Shown one piece after another: positions 58,489 to 64,000 of a stretch of 64,000 nt of DNA. Source of the DNA: a bacterium (GTDB lineage Bacteria > Bacteroidota > Ignavibacteria > UBA10030); NCBI GenBank assembly GCA_043803945.1, contig JAZDJN010000056.1, forward strand, positions 1-64,000, in the 5' to 3' direction. The notes beneath the pieces are model-generated. The model was given only the letters and a program-made list of their open reading frames with translations, had not been told where the DNA came from and made no database searches. A program made the position numbers and the translations under genes. Each line of letters opens with the position of its first letter. The stretch's first letter is position 1.

Positions 58489-59409
58489 ATGGCAACACCT
58501 GAGTTTGTGTTTTTCGATGGCAAGATTATCCCTTATACAGAGGCCAAAGTAGGCATTCTCACCCATGGATTAAACTACGGCACCGGAGTATTTGGAGGAA
58601 TCCGGGGATACTGGAACAATGAAGAGCAGCAACTCTTTATTTTCCGTCCTCTGGACCATTACAAGCGTTTCTTAGAATCGACAAGGCTGATGAGAATGGA
58701 ATTATCGTATACAAAAGAGGAGTTAGTCCAACATACCATAGACGTTGTTCGAAAGCATAACTATCGAGAAGATTGCTATATCCGCCCTCTCGCATTCTAT
58801 GGTGACGAAATTATCGGCGTACGGCTTCATAACCTGACACCACGGCTGGCAATCGCCGCCGTTCCATTCGGGCGATACATTGACAAGGAAGAGGGTGCCC
58901 ATGTGACAATTTCCTCTTGGTGGCGTGTCGACGATAATATTATTCCGGCACGAGGAAAAATCGCAGGGGCTTATGTGAATTCCGCATTGGCAAAAACCGA
59001 TGCGCAACTCTCCGGTTTTGATGAGGCCATCGTGCTCAACCACAGCGGCCATGTCTCCGAGGGCTCAGCGGAGAATATCTTTCTCATCAAAAATGGTGTT
59101 CTCGTTACTCCCTCGGTGACAGAGAATATTCTTGAAGGTATTGTGCGAAGAACACTGATTCATTTGTTCAAGGAAGATCTGGGACTTCAAGTTGTTGAGA
59201 GGTCAATCGACCGGACAGAACTTTTTCTGGCAGACGAAGTTTTCTTCGCCGGCACAGGAGTCCAGATTGTGGCAATCACCCAAATTGATCATCGTAAAAT
59301 CGGTGATGGTGTAATTGGGGAAATTACTTCAACACTCCGCGATTTGTATTTTAATATTGTACGGGGGAAAGTTAAGAAATATCGAGATTGGTGTTTACCT
59401 GTGTACTAA
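58489..59409 (+). CDS. ilvE: Branched-chain amino acid aminotransferase
   Basis: HGLNYGTGVF, YIRP, KIAGAY, SEGSAENIF, ILEGIVR, GTG; TAAGGA RBS. Confidence 0.95.
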   Translation: MATPEFVFFDGKIIPYTEAKVGILTHGLNYGTGVFGGIRGYWNNEEQQLFIFRPLDHYKRFLESTRLMRMELSYTKEELVQHTIDVVRKHNYREDCYIRPLAFYGDEIIGVRLHNLTPRLAIAAVPFGRYIDKEEGAHVTISSWWRVDDNIIPARGKIAGAYVNSALAKTDAQLSGFDEAIVLNHSGHVSEGSAENIFLIKNGVLVTPSVTENILEGIVRRTLIHLFKEDLGLQVVERSIDRTELFLADEVFFAGTGVQIVAITQIDHRKIGDGVIGEITSTLRDLYFNIVRGKVKKYRDWCLPVY

Positions 59410-59439
59410 TTCTCTTATCTTTTTGAATATGCCTACCTC

Positions 59440-59472
59440 AGGGTCGGAGTTTATCTCTGACCCTTTTCTTTT
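59440..59472 (+). terminator. Intrinsic terminator after ilvE
   Basis: AGGGTCGGAG-TTTAT-CTCTGACCCT followed by TTTCTTTT. Confidence 0.8.
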
Positions 59473-59719
59473 ACCATCGACCAATTAGTGTCTCGACTCA
59501 CAAATATCTTGAATAAGCCCCAAGGTCTCAATAGAATTTCCCTTCCTGGAGCCAGCGTGCCGGGCCATACGATTTGGTCCGGAATTCATGCTCTTTAAAA
59601 ATACGGTCAACCGTGAGCAACGATGGATTCGTTGCTTGCCCTCGCAACACTGGAGTTGCAATAAGGAACAGGAAGAAAAGAAAAAGTCTCTTTTTCATAA
59701 AGCCCATCGAGGCTGAGTG

Positions 59720-61117
59720 TTAGTGTGCCTGTGCGGTGTAATGCTCGATCATTTGCTGAATTGCGATCTGACAAACAAGGCAAAATTCATTCTTCGGGTG
59801 CGAAATCATGATGCAGTACACCATCGGTCGGAATAATCCTTTCGATGAATACCCGGCACCTTCAAAGACACCGACCTTATCGTTCAAGGGTGAGTATTGT
59901 TTCCGAATAGATTGAATCTTCTCTTCAATCTCCTTTGCCTTATCACGATTGTTCCGGCGTTCTTCCTGAAGGGCTTCTATTTCATCCTTTCCATACTTTG
60001 TCGGAATATCGATCCCGGGTGAGAGTTGTTCCTGCCATTTCACATGGGTGGGATCCAGCAACGCCGTGATGTTCGGTTCCAGGGGTTCGACTCCTTTAGG
60101 ATACAGATCGTTGTAGGCAACATCGGAGGTGTAGTATTCATCAGCAAGTCCGGCAAAGGAATGGCCAAATTCATGAATCATCACCATCTTGCTCGCATTA
60201 TTGTCCGCTGTGGATATTGCATAATCGCCATAAATTCCCCCGCCGCCATATCGTTTACTGTTTACAATAATAACTATGGCATCACAAGGAACCTGCGAAG
60301 CAACATCATGAATGCGGCGATTTTCTTCCGTCAACATATAGCGATCGGTATCAAACGCATTGAACGATGCGTTGAAGGTGGTCTTCTTAAATTTTCCCTG
60401 TCTGGGTTCATCCATCGCGCTTTCGGCCGATGGGCGGAGCACACCAAACACATTAAACTTTGCTTTAGCACTTTTATACGGTTCGACTTCAAAAAGGTAT
60501 CCCATCATCCGGTCAACATCTGCCTTGAATTTATCCTTCTCCGATGCCGTATATCCCTCACCAAGCAGTACCAGATCAACATGCTGTTTCGGATCGCCAT
60601 TATTCAATGCGGTATAGATGTAGTCATTCGGCTCCATGCTTTCTTTGAGAATGTGGTAATCCGCTGGATCAATGGTGATTGTAAAAACCGGGGAAAGCAA
60701 ATTCTTCTTGTCGCGGCTTTCGAGAACGAACTGGACCGACCGTTTCGGAAACGGAATCCGTACCGACTTATCATACACCCGTTTTACACCATTGAGAGCC
60801 GGTGTCGTTGTTCGATATTCGGCGAAGATGGAGCTAAAGCTCTTTGTAAATATGAGCTGATTGGAGGCGACATCAACCACCTTGAGAACATAGGGACCAT
60901 AGTTATACGGTTCAATCAACCCTGCAGGATTTTCAGACCATATCCCCTCCTGCTTGATACGATCGACTGTAACAATCTGCTCCTTCGCATCACCGGTAAA
61001 AAAGAGATCGATACGCATTGTTCGATCGAGAAAAAAGGTGTTAAAATCAGGCTTACTCTGACTCAATACAACAATATGAGAAAGAACGAGGAAGAGGAAA
61101 AGAATCAGTTGTTTCAT
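59720..61117 (-). CDS. Peptidase M64 (IgA peptidase family)
   Basis: Signal peptide; LGEGYT, YGGGGI, HEFGHSFAGLADEY, EGAGY...RP...C.M...FC.VC. Confidence 0.93.
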   Translation of the reverse strand: MKQLILFLFLVLSHIVVLSQSKPDFNTFFLDRTMRIDLFFTGDAKEQIVTVDRIKQEGIWSENPAGLIEPYNYGPYVLKVVDVASNQLIFTKSFSSIFAEYRTTTPALNGVKRVYDKSVRIPFPKRSVQFVLESRDKKNLLSPVFTITIDPADYHILKESMEPNDYIYTALNNGDPKQHVDLVLLGEGYTASEKDKFKADVDRMMGYLFEVEPYKSAKAKFNVFGVLRPSAESAMDEPRQGKFKKTTFNASFNAFDTDRYMLTEENRRIHDVASQVPCDAIVIIVNSKRYGGGGIYGDYAISTADNNASKMVMIHEFGHSFAGLADEYYTSDVAYNDLYPKGVEPLEPNITALLDPTHVKWQEQLSPGIDIPTKYGKDEIEALQEERRNNRDKAKEIEEKIQSIRKQYSPLNDKVGVFEGAGYSSKGLFRPMVYCIMISHPKNEFCLVCQIAIQQMIEHYTAQAH

Positions 61118-61223
61118 ATGCTCCTCAATAAATCGTGTTCATTATCAAGATAAAAGAACTGCAATACTGTTTTAGCGTGACGGATAATTTGCAAAATGTA
61201 TTTGTGTGCATGATCTCAGATTG

Positions 61224-63452
61224 TTATTTCGTGATGACATCAAAGGCTCCATCCAATCCCTCCTCGGAATTCGTTCCTATCCATACTTTAAACTTCCCCG
61301 GTTCAACAACGTATTGGAGTATTTGGTTGTGAAATCCGAGTTGTTGAGCAGCGAGATGGAATATCACTTTTTTCGACTCACCCGCCTTCAATTCGACACT
61401 CTGGAATTCCTTCAACTCCTTTACCGGACGCGTCATACTCCCTGCAATATCCTGAACATAGAGCTGGACTGTTTCTTTTCCCGCTCGTACTCCGGTATTC
61501 TGCAGGATTACACTAATCGTGACTGAATCGGAGAGTTCTATCTTCTTACTGCTCAATGCAAGATCGGCATAGCGAAAGCTGGTATAACTCAATCCATACC
61601 CAAAGGGGTAAAGCGGCGTTGTGGCAACATCAAGATATTTTGACGAAAACTTATCCTTTGTTGCAGGCCGACCCGTGTTCTTATGATTATAATAGAGCGG
61701 TACTTGTCCCACCGTCCGCGGCACTGTCACGGGCAGCTTTCCACTGGGATTGTAATCACCAAACAAGACATCTGCGATAGCATGTCCCGCCTGCACTCCG
61801 CCGAACCACGTCTCAAGAATGGCCGAGACATTCTCAGTAATCCAGGGAATCGAAAGAGGCCGCCCGTTCATCAGCACAACGACAACGGGTTTTCCTGTGC
61901 CATGCAATGCTTTAACCAGCTCGAGTTGTTTTCCGGGCAGATCGAGCGATGAGCGGCTGGCAGCCTCTCCGCTCATATCACCTCGCTCACCCACAACGGC
62001 AAGAATAACATCGGCTTCTTGCGCCAGTCGAACCGCTGACTCTATCTCTCTTTCATCATCGCCCTCAATTGCACAACCTTTTGCGTACAGTACGCGGGTC
62101 TTCTGAGAAACCGCTTCTTTAATGCCCTGAAGAAGTGTGACCACCTCTTCCGAACGGCCTTCACAGAACCAGGAGCCAAGCGGGTCAAGTTTACTGTCGG
62201 CAAGAGGTCCAATGACTACCAGAGTTGAAATCGATTTCGCCAGCGGCAATACACTGTTGGTGTTCTTAAGTAAGACGATTGATTCCCGCGCCATCTGGCG
62301 TGCGGTGTTGAGATGATCCGGATGAAGAATTTCTTTCTTCTCCAGATCAGGATTTGTATACGGTGTATCGAATAAACCGCTTAAGAATTTTATTCTAAGA
62401 ATTCTTCGAACCGCCTCATCGACAACCGCCATCGAAATCTGTTTCTTTTCAACCATCGCGGTGATGTGTTCCGCATAAATATCTCCCTCCATATCCATAT
62501 CCACACCGGCGTTCAACGCTTTTTCTCCAGCCTCCGCCGGTGTTGCAGCAAACCCATGGTTCACCAACTCTTTAATCGAAGCCCAGTCACTGACAACGAA
62601 GCCCTGGAAACCCCATTCATTTCTTAAGACTTTCTTTATTATAAACTCATTTGCTGATGCAGGGATGCCGTTGAGGTCTTCAAATGCGCTCATGATGGTC
62701 CCTGCCCCTGCGTTCACTGCAGCCTGGAACGGCGGAAGGTAAATATCGTACAACGTTGATAGAGACATTTCAACTCCATTGTAATCCCGCCCTCCTTCAG
62801 CGCCGCCGTATCCGACATAATGCTTTGCACACGCGACGATTGATCCCTCGTCGCTCATCGATGCGCCTTGGAATCCTTTCACCCGTGCTGCTGCCATCAC
62901 CGAACCAAGGTAGGGGTCTTCGCCGGCTCCTTCCGAAATGCGTCCCCATCGAGGATCGCGTGCAATATCAAGCATCGGCGCAAAGGTCCAACGCGTACCG
63001 GATGCATATGCTTCACGAGCTGCTACCGATGCCGCTTTCTGAACAAGCTCAGGATTCCAAGATGCTGCCTCTGCCAGTGAGATTGGAAAGATTGTCCGGT
63101 ACCCATGGATCACATCGTTGCCGAAGACAATTGGTATTCCCAACCGGGTCTTTTCAACGGCGATCTTTTGAAGCTCATTCACGACAGCAACATTACGGAC
63201 ATTGAGGAACGAGCCGACCTTCCCTGCGGCAAGAAGTTTCTTCAAGTCCCCGGCTTCTCTTGCATTGAAAGAATATTGTGCCATCTGGCCGAGTTTTTCA
63301 GTCAGCGTCATTTGCTTTAAAAGTTTTTCGATTTTCTGTTCGACTGCATCCTGAGGTTTGAGAAGCTGGCCATACAGAAGACATTGGAAAAGCAGCAAGA
63401 TTCCTACAACGCTCATACCTTTTCTCATACCGTGCTCTTTCATATTATTCAC
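61224..63452 (-). CDS. bglX: GH3 beta-glucosidase
   Basis: MTLTEKLGQ, DVIHG, RDPRWGR, KHY, SDW, SGEAASR, GYGLSYT, Fn3-like C-domain. Exact start uncertain. Confidence 0.93.
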   Translation of the reverse strand: MNNMKEHGMRKGMSVVGILLLFQCLLYGQLLKPQDAVEQKIEKLLKQMTLTEKLGQMAQYSFNAREAGDLKKLLAAGKVGSFLNVRNVAVVNELQKIAVEKTRLGIPIVFGNDVIHGYRTIFPISLAEAASWNPELVQKAASVAAREAYASGTRWTFAPMLDIARDPRWGRISEGAGEDPYLGSVMAAARVKGFQGASMSDEGSIVACAKHYVGYGGAEGGRDYNGVEMSLSTLYDIYLPPFQAAVNAGAGTIMSAFEDLNGIPASANEFIIKKVLRNEWGFQGFVVSDWASIKELVNHGFAATPAEAGEKALNAGVDMDMEGDIYAEHITAMVEKKQISMAVVDEAVRRILRIKFLSGLFDTPYTNPDLEKKEILHPDHLNTARQMARESIVLLKNTNSVLPLAKSISTLVVIGPLADSKLDPLGSWFCEGRSEEVVTLLQGIKEAVSQKTRVLYAKGCAIEGDDEREIESAVRLAQEADVILAVVGERGDMSGEAASRSSLDLPGKQLELVKALHGTGKPVVVVLMNGRPLSIPWITENVSAILETWFGGVQAGHAIADVLFGDYNPSGKLPVTVPRTVGQVPLYYNHKNTGRPATKDKFSSKYLDVATTPLYPFGYGLSYTSFRYADLALSSKKIELSDSVTISVILQNTGVRAGKETVQLYVQDIAGSMTRPVKELKEFQSVELKAGESKKVIFHLAAQQLGFHNQILQYVVEPGKFKVWIGTNSEEGLDGAFDVITK

Positions 63453-64000
63453 CAGATGTGATTTCGTGGACTGTTTTAAAGAAACCCTTCTTTCGCACCG
63501 AGCTGATCTTCCAATTTACCGGCACGCTTTGATAACCCTCATCATACAATTCGCCTTCTCTCCGGTAATCAAAGAATCCCCATGAAGCATAGACTTGCAC
63601 TGCTGCGACCAAATTATTGAATGGTTTCTCAAAATCATAATGATCATCCTCATTAAAGAGAATAGGCATTGGCTGGTAGCCGTCGACTTTTTTCGTTTCC
63701 TGCACCATTTCTTTAATTCTATTGGGATCGCTCACACCATTTCCATGGATGAGAATGAAATCGGAAGCTTGCACGACATTTGACGTTGGAATGGTGTTGC
63801 CGCCATAACTTGTTCCCACAAGAAAACGGAATCCCTTTCTTGCCTTATTCTTCACTCTGAGAATAAGTTCATGCACACGATCTTTTTTGAGAATTTCGTG
63901 GTCATAACTTTTAACGCTGCACTCATTATTGATCTCGATAAGGAGATTGGAATATTTATGATCGAATAGCCAATCTATCGTTCGATCAACTGCATACACC
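63445..64000 (-). CDS. Partial (3' end) hypothetical protein, possibly a TIM-barrel glycoside hydrolase
   Basis: Open frame running off the window edge; EINNEC and FNEDDH acidic motifs. Confidence 0.5.
   Translation of the reverse strand, partial: VYAVDRTIDWLFDHKYSNLLIEINNECSVKSYDHEILKKDRVHELILRVKNKARKGFRFLVGTSYGGNTIPTSNVVQASDFILIHGNGVSDPNRIKEMVQETKKVDGYQPMPILFNEDDHYDFEKPFNNLVAAVQVYASWGFFDYRREGELYDEGYQSVPVNWKISSVRKKGFFKTVHEITSGE

Noticed and set aside
59520-59665. Several small hairpins between ilvE and the M64 peptidase as an ncRNA
   Set aside because: Short stems between convergent genes are adequately explained as termination signals; no family features.
60026-61153. 375-aa plus-strand ORF
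   Set aside because: Codon-register antisense shadow of the M64 peptidase with no protein motifs.

Overview
Bacterial genomic window, probably from an Ignavibacteria/Chlorobi-like (non-Bacteroidia FCB) organism. This is inferred from T9SS sorting domains and PorV-like barrels alongside AGGAG Shine-Dalgarno sites and a TTGACA-N17-TACAAT promoter. There are three parts. (1) 1-13.3 kb: a type I-C CRISPR-Cas locus on the minus strand (cas3-cas5c-cas8c/cas11-cas7-cas4-cas1-cas2, leader, 24 identical full repeats, array truncated at the window edge). REP hairpins occur at most gene junctions, an intact REP-associated tyrosine transposase (RAYT) sits between cas4 and cas1, and there is a cas4 5' remnant, a REP-flanked orphan gene and a second, broken RAYT. 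(2) 13.4-58.0 kb: a roughly 45-kb, entirely minus-strand pectin/hexuronate utilisation locus (CE8 x2, CE12, GH28 x2, GH105, GH43, PL1, kduI/kduD, uxaC, uxaE, exuT, LarA-family epimerase, gnd, LacI). It has two TonB-dependent transporters but no SusD; each transporter is followed by a T9SS-type cargo protein, one of them with its own PorV-like and FadL-like barrels. (3) 58.4-64 kb: ilvE, M64 peptidase, GH3 and a partial gene. The best candidates for undescribed biology are the SusD-less TBDT/T9SS-cargo/PorV module, the RAYT/REP-punctuated cas operon, a four-unit hairpin array at 23.6 kb, and a galacturonate-to-pentose-phosphate route. All family calls come from motif recognition by eye; no database searches were run.
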